A stretch of 63,661 bases of DNA, the filler included, from Choristocarpus tenellus KU-1152 (lineage: Eukaryota > Protista > Phaeophyceae), in NCBI GenBank assembly GCA_964200185.2. It is 10 parts of 10 records of this genome, joined end to end, with 100 filler letters (N's around TTAATTAATTAA, not from the genome) between each part and the next. Parts side by side here need not be neighbours in the genome. Positions count along the whole stretch, not along the records: positions 31,648 to 38,674 come from CAXNAD020006825.1; positions 38,775 to 41,644 come from CAXNAD020024066.1; positions 41,745 to 47,133 come from CAXNAD020010945.1; positions 47,234 to 52,115 come from CAXNAD020012682.1; 6 more parts are not named here. The stretch is one strand, 5' to 3'. The position numbers were made by a program, and so were the translations under genes. Within the stretch, counting starts at the first letter, position 1; every line of letters starts with the position of its first letter. This document shows, in pieces, positions 36,872 through 49,678 of this stretch. Under the pieces are notes generated by a model. The model saw nothing but the letters and a program-made list of their open reading frames with translations. It made no database searches and was not told where the DNA came from.

Positions 36872-38627
36872 TCAAGATGGACATTTTCGTATTGCTGCCA
36901 CATAATCCTCAGCAGGAATCCCATCTGCATCCAAGCCTGCAGGCAGAAGTTCTTCAACAACCGATGTAAGTATAGCATCAGTCAGCCTGACCACAGTACC
37001 AGGTCTCCCCCTCCCTCCCACATAGGCATCCTGATGCATCGTCTTGAGCAGCAAATGAAGTACTGTTGGGCGTGTCCACATCTCCTGAAGGTGAGGAGGA
37101 AGGGAAGGGGGGAGACACGCCCAACATATATATGAAGGTAGACAATATACTATATAAATAAGTACAAAGGTTTTCCTCTCACCTTCGAAAACTGTTTACC
37201 ATCTCATTGCCCCTCTAACGTCTCTACCCAAGCCCCCCCAAAAAGCCGAGGCACTTGTCCAATACAACATGTTTAACAACTGTTTTGGTATGCATAAAAT
37301 TTTTTCGTCACCCTTACAAACATTGACGTGGAAGCAAACATGATCGAGGTCAGAGGGCATCCTTCGAGGGACATTATTCACTTTTCCAAATGTATGGGAG
37401 ATGGAAATGATGTAGATACCCACATCACACACCAACACTATTGCACAAACACACTCACACAGAAATCACCTTCCTTTAATAACTATAGCCCCATTATTCC
37501 ACTAATACCCACACTACAAACAGCAATAGACCTGCCCTCCAAAACATGTTCTTCTGATTCAATCCAACTCAATGGAACCAAACCACAAGCCATAGAACCA
37601 ACCACCCCAAAATATTGATTGCAACATGTAAGCTGACACATATCCACGCCCCCCCCCACCAGCAATCCTTAATCTAACAAGGAAATCAAGCACAACCCCA
37701 AGCATGGTTCAGCCATTCACCTCCATATCCCGGTCTGTTACTGGTGCAACAATCTCATCATCCTCTTCCTCCACATGCAATTTATTGCTAGCATTTCGTG
37801 ATCGCTTTAGTATCTGCTGGAGGCCTTCATCCTGCAGGGTAACCTCCACTACCACTTTCCATAGGTCCCGAACACGAGTACCTGAGCCTTCATCTAGCCC
37901 AATCTGACAATACACAACAAATGATACGGTGATGGTATTACTGAATTAATGTATGCAAAAGCTGCTAGGAAAACTGCCGGGCTGGAGGTAGAGATGGGGA
38001 TTGTTGTTTCTGGAGAATTAAAAAATAAAATACACAATTTAGATATTGAAGCTGTCATTGCCCCATGGTGTTGGGGAAATAGCAGCATCAATTGTTGTAG
38101 CAGGAAAGGAGGACTTGCAGTGCACAGTCAGCAACAGCTAGAACTAGTAAAACAGCACATTGGCACCTTATCACCATGAAAATAACAATGGTAACATTAC
38201 ATGAGCGTAAGTCATGGACTACTATTAGTAACATATTTCTTGACTGAAAGCAAGAGAACTGTTGACACATCTCTACTGTCTACTGTACAGAAAACAAGGG
38301 TCAAAAATCTGGTGTGTGTTGATGGCGGGCTAAGTCCTATGACCACTCTTATTGTTGCCAATCAATCAAACTCACAAATACATCAACTTCTAAAACTGTA
38401 CCACAGATTTGGTGCCAAAAAAAGCATCCAATTATCGTTCCCCATTATCAAGACAGCTCACTCCCTGCCCCTTCCTCTAACACACACTCTGCACACACCA
38501 CAATAGCTCTGTACCCAGCAACAGCTCCATCAACTGCCTTCTGCACATCTTGAGACCCACTGACAGAGTTGACCTGTTGAAGTGCTTTATCCAGGATCTC
38601 AGACCAAGCCCACACAGCAGCATGAGG
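36872..38627 (-). CDS. Last three exons of an unknown, probably helical protein (weak resemblance to a nucleoporin Nup133-like C-terminus)
   Basis: Exons 38499-38627, 37721-37903 and 36872-37084 are all phase 0 with CAG acceptors and GT donors. They give PHAAVWAWSEILDKALQQ..YRAIV-IGLDEGSGTRVRDLWKVVVEVTLQDEGLQQILKR..DME-EMWTRPTVLHLLLK..AIRKCPS*. The family assignment is a guess. Confidence 0.65.
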
Positions 38628-38783
38628 CTGTTTAAACAATGAAAACATGATACCAAAAGGGGTGGGTGGTGGGGNNNNNNNNNNNNNNNNNNNNNNNNNN
38701 NNNNNNNNNNNNNNNNNNTTAATTAATTAANNNNNNNNNNNNNNNNNNNNNNNNNNNNNNNNNNNNNNNNNNNNACAAAAAAA

Positions 38784-38815
<32 letters not shown>

Positions 38816-41800
38816 GGGTACCTGAGCGTGTATGCAGTTGACAGTCCATGAAAAAAAAAAAAATGGGATTGATGGGCAGAGTAGGTGGTTGACATTGGCA
38901 TTCACAGTACACAAAAAAATAGCGCCATTAAAAAATGATGAAACAGTGGAGGGATAGGGATAGGTTTTTTTTTCTCATAAACACAAAACAATATTTCCAC
39001 TTCACAAGATAGCCACACAAAACACGCATGCCAACACGATGGAAGCACAATCATCGGTGCAGGTCTGGTCCTCTTCCAATCCCTCAAAATCACGTAGGTG
39101 ACCCATGAGGATATCCATGAACATGCTGCGCATCATCTCGTCCTCCCTGCTGTGTTTTGTATTCATGCTGAAGTGATTGGTTCGCGTTTGAAAAGTCATA
39201 TGCATAATCCCATGAAATAAGTTCCAATGATATCGGGTTCTTCAACATCATAGTTCCATCCTTTCTTTCTTGAACATTGCCCATTCAGCCACCTCCTGTC
39301 GTGGATAGAAAGTGCACACCTTTGTTGTCCATCCACGCATGCTCTTTTGCTCACTATCAGCTCATTGTTCAATTGCCCACCTGTTCCTCTTTTTTGCTGC
39401 CAACCTCCATCTGAAACTCTCTACAGTAGACCTAGATGGGAACAACCCGTCTCCACCACCCTCTGGGACTCTGGGATTCATATTACTGATGCTTTACCCG
39501 ACAACCACTGCCTATCACCCAGTGGTGGACCCTACATCACCTTCCGTGCAACTCTCGTCACTGTCCGAACCCCTGCCATTGAGTCCCAACCCCGTCTCAC
39601 GATAGTATGGTCTTTCATTGTCATCATCACCCATGCTCATCCCGTCTTCTGACAGGGGCATCTTCATTACCGATAACGTGGCACGGGCTCAGGCATAATC
39701 GGCGTGGGGAGTGTCGGGAAGTGGTGCTCTAAAATGGACACGCAAGGGAGAGACCATTAAATTCCTTGCTTATGGTGTCCAGTCCGAACCTCTTCCTGAC
39801 CCCCTGCCCATTCTACAACCCCTACCTTTGACCGGGGGGATTCTCCTGCAACTACAGGACTTGACATCTCGTTCAGAGGGGTGTCACTGTGGATGTCCCT
39901 GTAGCCTCCACCGACAGTAGTCTTTACGCGAACAAAATAAACGCTGTTGTGATGACTGTCGTGTCACTAGTCAATCAAGTACTTCCTTGAAAGGTTACCA
40001 CAACTGAGAAAAATATCTCACATGATCATGTAAGCGTATATTTCTGCCTTCTGCCTTGGAACGGTCACCGTCCCTTTCCGTAGTTAATCCCACAAGTCTC
40101 CTTCTCTTGAACAAACCTCCACACCCTGCTTCACCATCTTCCTCCTAGACGATAGGTTCAACAGCGGATACTGACGCCAATCTTTGTGCTCGATGGAGCA
40201 TCGACTTGAGCAAATGAAGGCGAGGTTTCAGTAGGTGGATCTGGGAGAGGAGGATATTATATGTGAGAGGCATCTATCTTCTAACTAGGGTATACCTTTA
40301 AGGTGACCTATCTCGAAGAATCTGTTGTTCGTATGACATTGTTGTTGAAGTTAACATCTGCTTGAAGTAAATAGGGGGTGGTTTGAGGGGACATTGCAAA
40401 CCCCCCTCATTCACTTTCCACTTGTTCACTCTTTCCTGAGTGATCTTCTGAGGGATTAATCTCCCTCTTGCCTTCTCTCTCCATTTTCTTGCCTCCTGTG
40501 GGTCTTCCTTCCCCTTCAGTCTGAAGACCCTGTCCGCCTGTTTCCATCTGTTTCATAGTACATCTATATTTTATAAAATAGTACCATAGAAGGTGATAGT
40601 CACATTCCTGCCAAGGTATACCTTTTTATCCCTAGTGATTAGGAAGGAACCTGTGCCTTACACTTATGTCTTCACCTTAACCTTTGCCATTGCCGGTGGA
40701 TCGCACATCCTCCACGTGGCCAGGTTAAAAAGGTAATTATCATGGATTCCGTGGAAGGAAGGGTAGACGCCTAGACTAAGTTCACACCCATATCCTAGCC
40801 TATGCAGTGTCGGAGTCTCACCAACGCCAAGGTATACCATTATAGTGCCCTCCCTAGAACATATACCTCAGAGTCTGTTTCCTTCGATAGCATCAACATT
40901 ATTGTTCCTGATGACCTCCATTTCGGGATGTTGAGTGGAGGTCACAAACTCTCTTCGTTCCCTTCTTCTCTAGTTTACTCCTTTCCTGAGTGACCTTTTG
41001 AGGGTTGCTTACCCTCCTGCCTTGTCTCTCTTCCGTTCCTCCTGTTGGCATTCTCACTCCCCTTCAATCCGAAGAACAAGTTTGTCGGTTTCCACCTGTT
41101 TCACAAGAATAGTATCTCAAACCTGTGAGTTCAGAGTAGTGGTAACTCTCCCAACGTCAGAGTTGCTTCTTACCTCTCAGCATTTTTGATGGTGAATCGA
41201 ACGATTCGGAGGTGGTTTCCAATCTTAGGGTCAGGTTGAGCACCTCCTTAGTCCATCCTACGAAAAAGCTGTGGTGAGGCCAATCATAACCTGCTGTGAA
41301 GCCTCGAAGCAATGCTGAAGCTCCCCAATACACCAAGAATCATCATACGCACACATGAGATAACGAGCAGATAGGTCACGGTCATCTCAATCTTCACATT
41401 TTCCCTTGAGAGCTTATTCCTGGACCCCTCTCTTACTCTATCTTCTTCCCCCTTCTGTAGGGAGTCGGGAGAGATGTCCAGACGGAATTCGATCCCGCAA
41501 CCAACCTCTGAATTAGTTTATGTATGTGTTTCTGAGTATATGTTACAGGCGATCCATGTTACAGGCGCCCCAGAAAGCTTACCTCCACAGGATGTATAGC
41601 TCCAATCTACGGGCTTATAGATGATACTGATTGTACGTATAGGANNNNNNNNNNNNNNNNNNNNNNNNNNNNNNNNNNNNNNNNNNNNTTAATTAATTAA
41701 NNNNNNNNNNNNNNNNNNNNNNNNNNNNNNNNNNNNNNNNNNNNAAACACACACAGCGCCCCCCCCCGTCCCCCGTCCCCACACCTGTACAGGCCACCAG

Positions 41801-42096
41801 ACCGATCTCCTTCCCCCTTATCTTGGTTACAGCTACGGAATCAAGACCCTGTTTAACCAGTTGACTACCGCAAATCCAATAACCCAGTAAATTAGCACGT
41901 ACACATGTTGTGTAGTCTGTGCGTATATCTGACCTTGAAACCTCCATTGTAGAAAAATACCACAAAACCCTCCCTATGTATGGCACATGAAAATTACATG
42001 ATTGTACACCTCCGTGGTGGCACCAAACTTACTGCTGCAGCAATGGGACACGAACATGCCCCTCTTTCTTCTTTCTGCTCCTCTTGTCAATATCAG

Positions 42097-43439
42097 AACA
42101 ACACGACCTATGTCACTTACATTATTGTGAGCTGCTTCGTGGCCGAAGCTGCCTACGGAAAAACCTTTGATCTTCTCTGGGAGTGGAACAACAAGGGGGT
42201 GAGTGCTTTTTTTCTTTTCCTTCGTTTGAATGATTTGTTTCATTGGTTGTGGCTCCTCCCCCTTCTATTGCTGGAAGAAGAAGAAGTAGAAGAAGTAGAA
42301 GTAGAAGAAGAAGTAGAAGTAGAAGAAGAAAGTAGAAGTAGAAGTAGAAGTAGAAGTAGAAGAAGAAGTAGAAGAAGAAGAAGAAGAAGTAGAAGTAGTA
42401 GTAGTAGAACAAAAAATGGTACAGTTAAACTGTTCTTGTAGGTCCCTTTCTCGCAGTGTATTTTACCATAGGTGGTTCAGGCTGTATTTCTTTGTTTTTG
42501 TGCACGTGTAGCTCAAGCAGCAGTGGGAAATGACAGCGAACGGATGGTGCCCTTTTTTATTTTTTTTATTTTTTGAAAATGAAGAGCCCTCTTCAACCCC
42601 TGCTCGTGGGGAAGTGTAACAGTATTTTTTGTGGATTAGTGAAGGAGCGTGGTGGGTTCAAACGAGAGCAGATACTTGTGTACTCTTGTCTTTTGTCTGG
42701 TTGTTAACTTAGGTTGGAAGTTGAGCATGCCCCTGCTCCATCTCCACCCCGATGCCTTCCTTGTTGACCTTTGCAATATTCAAGTACCTTGTTTGTGTGC
42801 ACAAACGCTGCATCTTTTTTATTGTTTGATTGGTTGGTTGTTTTGTGAATTTCATCTTTTTTTTTTAGGAACTTTTTGTAGGTTCGATACCCATGGGGTT
42901 TTTGTATATTGACTGTCTGATTGCGGGATGATAAGAGTGTCGATGAAATGGAAATGGGAGTGATCTTGGTCTTACGTGCCTATCATGTAAAATGTATATA
43001 TTCTGACAGTTAAAAAAAAAATATTGCGGTATGGTTCTATCATGCGTACGTAGAGCATCTGGTGTTTGAATGCAGGATTGAAAAGATCGATCTAGTTTTT
43101 GATCACACAATTCTTATAAATGTATCAAGATACAATAGTCCGCCACTTTGTGTAAAAGTCTGCACTCATGTGTTTCTGGAGACATTGTATTAACCCCACT
43201 CTGTAGTTGATGTCACCTCTCCTTTTTGTTGCAAGCAGAATGGTGGGTTTCATGCGGTATTCGAGGTCATTCTTGTACCGTAGATGTCCTGTTTACAGAC
43301 ACGCAAGTCTGACACTCTTGTATGTACATGAAATGCACACATGACACACACACAGAAATTGTACAGCAGTGTTGACTGGTCCAAGTTTGAGACTGCTGAA
43401 GAGGAGGAGGAGGAGGAAGAGGAGGAGGAGGAGGAATGA
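42097..43439 (+). CDS. QCR9: Cytochrome b-c1 complex subunit 9 (QCR9/UQCR10), last two exons
   Basis: Exons 42097-42198 and 43356-43439 (GT-AG, phase 0) give NNTTYVTYIIVSCFVAEAAYGKTFDLLWEWNNKG-KLYSSVDWSKFETAEEEEEEEEEEEEE*, matching the QCR9 pattern NxxYVxxIxxxxFxxE....LWExNNKGKLY. The first exon was not found in this block. Confidence 0.85.
42274..42408. repeat. Compound (GAA)/(GAAGTA)n purine-rich microsatellite in the QCR9 intron
   Basis: Directly visible. Confidence 0.9.
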
Positions 43440-46394
43440 ATGAGCTTAGCATATGCCATGCATTGAACTTTGAGTTCATTACCCTTTTTTGAAGGATTGA
43501 TGAGAGAGATGGTGCTGAAACAGCAAGGGGGGTGGGAAGATATTGGTGGAATGCTCGGCATCTTTCCTTCCGTCTTCATGCCAAAACAGGATGCTTTTTA
43601 TTGGTGTGTGGTTGTTAAGGCCTTGTGCTCATGGGCTCTCGTGAGCACTTCAACAGAGCTAACGTTTATTATTGGGGGGAAATGTGTGTTACAATGGGGA
43701 TGATAGTTCTATGCTATTGATACTCCTCGAGCAATGAGATACCCAGCACTACAATAGTATCACCTTAAAACATCAGGACCGATTTTGTGTTTTAATGTAT
43801 GATACCGAGGACAATACTTGAGCCCATGTCCTCTTTGGTGTGTGTGATGCGGGGCGACACTAAATACTCTTTTTTTAATTCCTGTGAGGTATGTTACGTT
43901 GTCCCAGATGAGCTCCGACCCCCATTTCCTCATAATGCATTGTTGTCCTGAACTAGGCCAGAGGTCTTCCCTCTGTAATCTGTGTTATCCAAAATGACCT
44001 CCGAGGTCGATTTCCTTTCCGTTATTTGCGCAACACTGTGTTATTAGTGCAACACTATGTTATTAGAATGTATGAAATGCAAGGTTTGTACTTCAGTATA
44101 TATGAGCAAAATGTGGTGTTGTGGAGGAACATTCTGGGGTGGTAACGGCGTCTCATGGATCTTTTGTTTGGAGACACACAAGCAGTGATGCGGGTGGAGT
44201 TCCGCTTGGCAACTTAACTTCATTCCAACTTCATTCCGACTTCATTCCACAGGATTGTTTTACTGTAAAATGAAATGCGTACCATTGTCATGAGCTGATT
44301 TGTGTATGCAAAGGTCGGATTTGAGGTTGATGAGTGAGTTACCGAGAGGAGCAATTCAATGTTGAAGAAAGGTCCCCACTTGTTCTTAGAATCATGTCGT
44401 TCATGTTCTAAAAAGGTTCACACGTTGGGGCACAATATAATAGCACACTGTGAGTGAGGTCCGAGGCGCCAAATGTTTATGCCTTGGGAGGTGAAACCGT
44501 GTTCATGTTTTGGCATGAAACAAAACATATCCAGGAAAGAACATCAGCCTGCTTCATCTACCTTAGGTTGCGCAGGATGCCTTCCAATAGTGGAGTGGAG
44601 CGAAGCTCTATCGAAGTGTATGAGGGTCGTCTTTTAGGGGTGGGATAGGGTGCCGTTTTCACTTCTTACACATGCGACTATAATAGTAACTTTCCGAAAA
44701 AGTCGATGTCCTTGTTGGCTAGGTCGGGTCATTGTGCCCTAAAGTAGCACACACAACTGTGAGCTGCACAATCTCTACAAAAGTCAAATCTGCAGGGTGA
44801 ACCATTCTGCTGGTTTTTCTATTTCTATCTCTCAAATGACTGCTGAGGTAAAAGGGAAGGGGGACGATGGTATGACATTATGTACAAATATTTTATTATT
44901 ATGCCCTCTGACATTGTGCAGATGTGTCGGGGGAAACCAATGAAAACTATATATATATATATATACATGTCTTTATTAGCCCTAAAGAAATAAAATATCC
45001 TAAACATAAGAACACGTACAATATGTACAAATATTTATTAAATATCCAACACTTCATGCCTGGAGATACCTATCTTTCGTAGTATGTAAGGGACTAGTTT
45101 AGAATTTCTGTATTATTAGCGTGTTTCCAGGAGGAAAATAAGCCTGACCGAACACAAAGCCCAAGTTTTTTTCATTCTTCTTCCTACCCCAACAATGCCT
45201 CTTTATATTGTTTTGTTGGGGACTGAGGGGACATCGCTAAAAGTCTCCAACTGAGGTCCCATCTTCCACAGGTCTTGCATGTTTTCGACATTTGACTGGC
45301 CTGCTTGATGTGCTCTCCCTCCTAACTAGTCACATGCCTGATGACTTGTATGCCCTTCGAGGTACTCGGAGTAGGCAGAATCCGTGTTGTGTCTGTCTCC
45401 TTGTGTATAGTGTGTGACGAACATCTTACTCCCCCGGGAAGCCCAGGTTCAGAGAACGGGATGAGATTGGGTTAACTTAAGACAATTTCTTCACGGAGGT
45501 GTAAATTCGAGCAAGAACATCCATTTTGGGGGGGTGAGATGGAGCGCCATACCCTTCACAATGTTTCAACAAGAAATGGAGGGGGAACTTATGTGAATTT
45601 GAAGTATCCACTGCTTTGTGTCCATAGTGACATGAACGGTTACTACTTTCTAAGTACATTGTGTAGTGACATCTGAATTTTCGGCTCAAAAGTACATGTG
45701 GGATCCTGGGAGGCAGAGGGTCTGCATTGGGCGGGGATCAGCATGTCCAATCCAATGGCTCATGATGTATGAATTGGACATTTGATGTGGAATGATGCCC
45801 CATAAATAGAAACCGTTGGTTGGGCTTAGGGAAAATAGAGTTTGCATGCATGTACCTAAACGATATTTTTGCTAGAAAGGTTACTTTTTCTTGTGTTGCT
45901 GTTTAATCAGTCGATTACCTTAAAACACGGGAAGGACACAAGCTTGCTTTGACAACATTTACGACCTGCGTTTTAAAATAGGGTTAGGGTTTAGTTAGCG
46001 TTGCGGTATGACCATGAATGAAACCGTTCATGGTATATTTTTGTAAGTCCTTGAACCATTCGGGAAAATTGTTTTAACATTATACCACTCTGTTGACCTT
46101 TGCTTTCTTACTCTGCACATCGCTGGGCTATATGCTTTCTATTGAAACATTGCTTGCGACATTCGCGTTTTTTTTATGGCAAAGATTACTCTCCCTTTCA
46201 CTGGGAAACGTTATGTGCTCTTCTTGCTAACACAAGCAAATGCCAAATCCGTGTAGGCGACCCCATCTACAGAGCACAGCCTCCAAGGCAAAATCTAAAG
46301 TGTGGTCGACCACAGTGATCGAATCAATCCAATCCAACAAGATTGAAGGATAATTGACATTAAGATTGAAGGGTTCAAATTTTATTTGTTCTTT

Positions 46395-46435
<41 letters not shown>

Positions 46436-47115
46436 AAAAAAATCCATTTTGCACTCTCTACTGAAGTTTTCCTTCTGACGCCTTGCAGTGACTCACCTTG
46501 ATCACTCTTTGTGGAACCATTTTTTGTGCTCTCTAATTCAAGTTCATCAAGATCTTTTCGGGAACTCGCCGATTCAATTTGCGTACTGTTGTGCCCAAAA
46601 AAAAAAAAATCGATTCACAACAACTTCACAAGTCTTCAAAAAAAAAAATCAAAACGATCAAAGTGTATGACCCATTGGGGCGATCACAGCAACCTTCGAA
46701 CACTCTGACAAAAAGCACGCACTCCAAGAGGGGTGTGTGTGTAGCCAAAAGAAAGAAGTGTTTTAAAAAAGCATTATTGTTTCTATATGTATCACCAGCA
46801 TTTAAAAACAATCATATTTTTGGCGTGATCCTTGTAAAATAAATGCTGAGCCGGAGCCGTGAATACATGAAAAAATATATATATTGTGAAAGGGGACTTG
46901 ATATGAAACTGGAGCTTAGTTCACTCTTTTGTCACCCACCCTTCAGAAATCTTGCTTCTTATGGACCTCATCAAACCATAGATAGTCCCCGCAGTGTTGA
47001 TGGTGGTTTTGGTTGTTACAAGAGTGTGTTTACTTCATGCTTTCGCCCTCCACTTTCCTTGGTAACATGATTTTAGTACTGCCAGGGGTCATAGACCACA
47101 TTACCTACGTACACA

Positions 47116-47388
47116 GGCTCAAAGTATCTGGGGNNNNNNNNNNNNNNNNNNNNNNNNNNNNNNNNNNNNNNNNNNNNTTAATTAATTAANNNNNNNNNNN
47201 NNNNNNNNNNNNNNNNNNNNNNNNNNNNNNNNNGGGGTGAGGGGGCTTCCGTTTCGGTCAAACGACTCTTTTTTTTTTGCTGATATTTCAAATCCGACAC
47301 GTGCGACCCAAATCACACCAAAAAAGTGAAAATCGAAAAAAGGGTGAAAAACTGACGCCGACACCCCCCTCCCCAGATACTTTGACGC
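47116..47388 (+). mobile_element. MITE family B/C termini on either side of a linker
   Basis: GGCTCAAAGTATCTGGGG precedes the linker and CCCCAGATACTTTGACGC follows it. No TSD match, so the halves may come from different copies. Confidence 0.65.
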
Positions 47389-48273
47389 GTATGTACACAA
47401 AGAGGACTGTCAGTTCGGGCCTGTTCTCCCGGTGTGTGCACGAGGAGCCAAAACATATATCATGTACTTGTTTTAAATATAGCACTTCGTTTATTTGGGT
47501 GCATGTGTCGGATTTAGTACGTAAAGAGATGTGGTTGTCGCTGAGGGTGTTAGGGTTGAAGTTGTTGGTATGAAGGAAGGGAAAAGGGTCAGGTTTTGTT
47601 TTCGGGTTAGTATACCGTATCTTTCATGTAATGTATGGACGGAATCTGGAGGTGTATACGAACGGTTATTGGTCAGGGTCTATTGTCGTATGTTTCTCTG
47701 TGAAAGTATTTCAAGATACATTTCCAGAGGTCCTGGGTTGGTGTTGTGCTTAGGAGCATCGTGTGTGGACTTCGGTGTATGATCCTCCAAGACTCGAAGG
47801 AGGACGAGATCGGTTCTAGTTTGTTGACACTTGGACAAAGCATGAGATGGTATATAGAGTATTGAGAAGCAGGCGGGAGGTGCATTATAGTGTTCAAGGA
47901 ATAATTAGCGGCTTTGAAAAGGACAGGGAATCCATCGCAGGCCTTAGCGAATTATTTGGAAGGGTTAGCTGAGAAGATGGAGAAGAGTTGTTTAATTGAT
48001 GTTTTATATTTAGTAATCTAAGCCTTGAATTGGACAACCTCTTTTAAACAAATCAATACACAGGTCTAATCCTCAACGTGAGCATGATATACGATACGCT
48101 GACGACTCTAACTGGTAGCAATGTATCCAACACCATTGTCTAAATGCATTACTCATGGAATGGAAAGTGCATGAACATGGTAGTCGAACACCAAGGCAAG
48201 GTACACTGATTTACGCATCAGTGTACCTGTAACTCGATCCGTACTTCAACAATAAACTGAAACGACTGAACCC

Positions 48274-49328
48274 CTATTCCATTTGGTGGGCGGACTCGAA
48301 ATTGCATTTGTCACCCTTCTCCCACCACGCTGCAAGCTTAGGGTATGCCTCGACAAGAAGATGCCATAGATTTAGGCGTGTAGAGTACCTGCTGTTCCAA
48401 GGTTTGGGCTTCACGAGGCTCGAGAAGATGGCCTTCCTCGCATGGAGTGCTTCCACGTGCTCGGGACGCAATGTGTTGCCTGGCTTCCCTCCACGATCGC
48501 CGAGTTTAACCTGTGTGGGCTCGTGGACATAGCATTCATCCCCGAATACAAGAGAAATTGCCCCTTTACCGGCCTTGATGAGCCTGTACCCATGGTCGTA
48601 TATGATTTGGGTGAGGATTTGAGTCTGCACTCGATACTGCGAAGAGCAGGTTTCGTCATCATCGTCGTACCTCGAGGTAGATGAAGACGGATTTACCGCA
48701 TATCTGTCCTTTTTGGCAGAAGCAAAGACGTCTGCGAAGAAGCCAGGTTCTAAAGCGCTGCCATCATCAGAACCACGAGGCTGTTTGAAGGGTCTCATCC
48801 ATCTAGCAGCTTCTCTCACCCTCTTCTTCCTGATTTTCGTCCTTTTCTCCTTTCCTTTAGAGTCAAAGTATCTTAGAGGGTAGAGCCGCGTCCGTTTGGA
48901 GGCCAAAATCCAATGTTGCAATTTTGATATAATTCTTACTATTGTGTTTGCCAGGAAGTGTCAATATCCTTGTTCCGAACACACCTTTTCATAACGTATA
49001 AATTTAACCTACTCGGAAACATTTCGGAGAACCCAAGCCCCAAATGAACAAACAGGGCAAAACCCGTACCTCCTAAGATACCTTCGCTCTTACCCTTCTC
49101 GGAAGACTTCTCCCTTGGTGTTGGGGTAGGATCGGCATGGACGTGGTTCTCACTTCGCCTCACAGTATGGTCGTAGGTGTTCCCTGGCACTTGGGACTCG
49201 TCGCTGCCGCTGCCCACCGAATGGGCATTTGAGGACATTTCGGGGTCACTCCCGACAAGCATGGACTCTGAGTCCGTGCCTAGCCGCTCACCCACGTCCT
49301 CCTGTACAAGTTCCTCTGGACCTGACAA
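48274..49328 (-). pseudogene. Unknown ORF (about 270 aa) disrupted by a MITE, with an upstream tandem duplication
   Basis: ORFs 48939-49328 and 48274-48921 join in frame (..EKSSEKGK-GKEKRTK..) after removing MITE 48860-49089 and its 3-bp TSD. 49090-49250 is duplicated at about 49420-49580. No family recognised. Confidence 0.5.
48860..49089 (-). mobile_element. MITE family A copy with a small internal deletion
   Basis: TIRs GAGTCAAAGTATCTTAGAGGGTA / TACCTCCTAAGATACCTTCGCTC, with a 3-bp TSD TTA. Confidence 0.9.
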
Positions 49329-49590
49329 ACATCACAATCGAGTCGGACCCCATCGCCTTCAGAGTCTTCTCTCAATCTCTTCTTCCCAATTATCGTCCTT
49401 TTCCTCTTTCCACTTCCTTTCACGGAAGGCTTGTCCCTCGGTGTTGTGGTTGGATGGGCAAGGGCGTGGTTCTCACTTCGCCCCACAGTATCGTGGTAGG
49501 TGTTTCCTGGCACTTTGGACTCGTCTCTGCCGCCGCCCACCAAATGGGCGTTTGGGGACATACATGGGTCACTCCTGACAGGCGTGGACT

Positions 49591-49678
49591 GACTCAAAGT
49601 ATCTAGTGGGGGGAGGGGTCTACACCAGAGTATCCATTTGGGCCCTGACCAGGAAACTTGCACTTACATTATCCATCT
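49591..49678 (+). mobile_element. MITE family B left half
   Basis: GACTCAAAGTATCT..G-tract..CTACACCAG..TCCATTTGGG..CACTTACATTATCCATC, ending abruptly at TA-CAGTGG. Confidence 0.7.

Noticed and set aside
39000-39650. Decayed minus-strand coding-like region
   Set aside because: Multiple frameshifts and no family could be assigned.
45240-45700. SWIM or zinc-knuckle-like fragments suggesting a MULE remnant
   Set aside because: Key Cys/His residues are missing and no TIRs or TSD were found.
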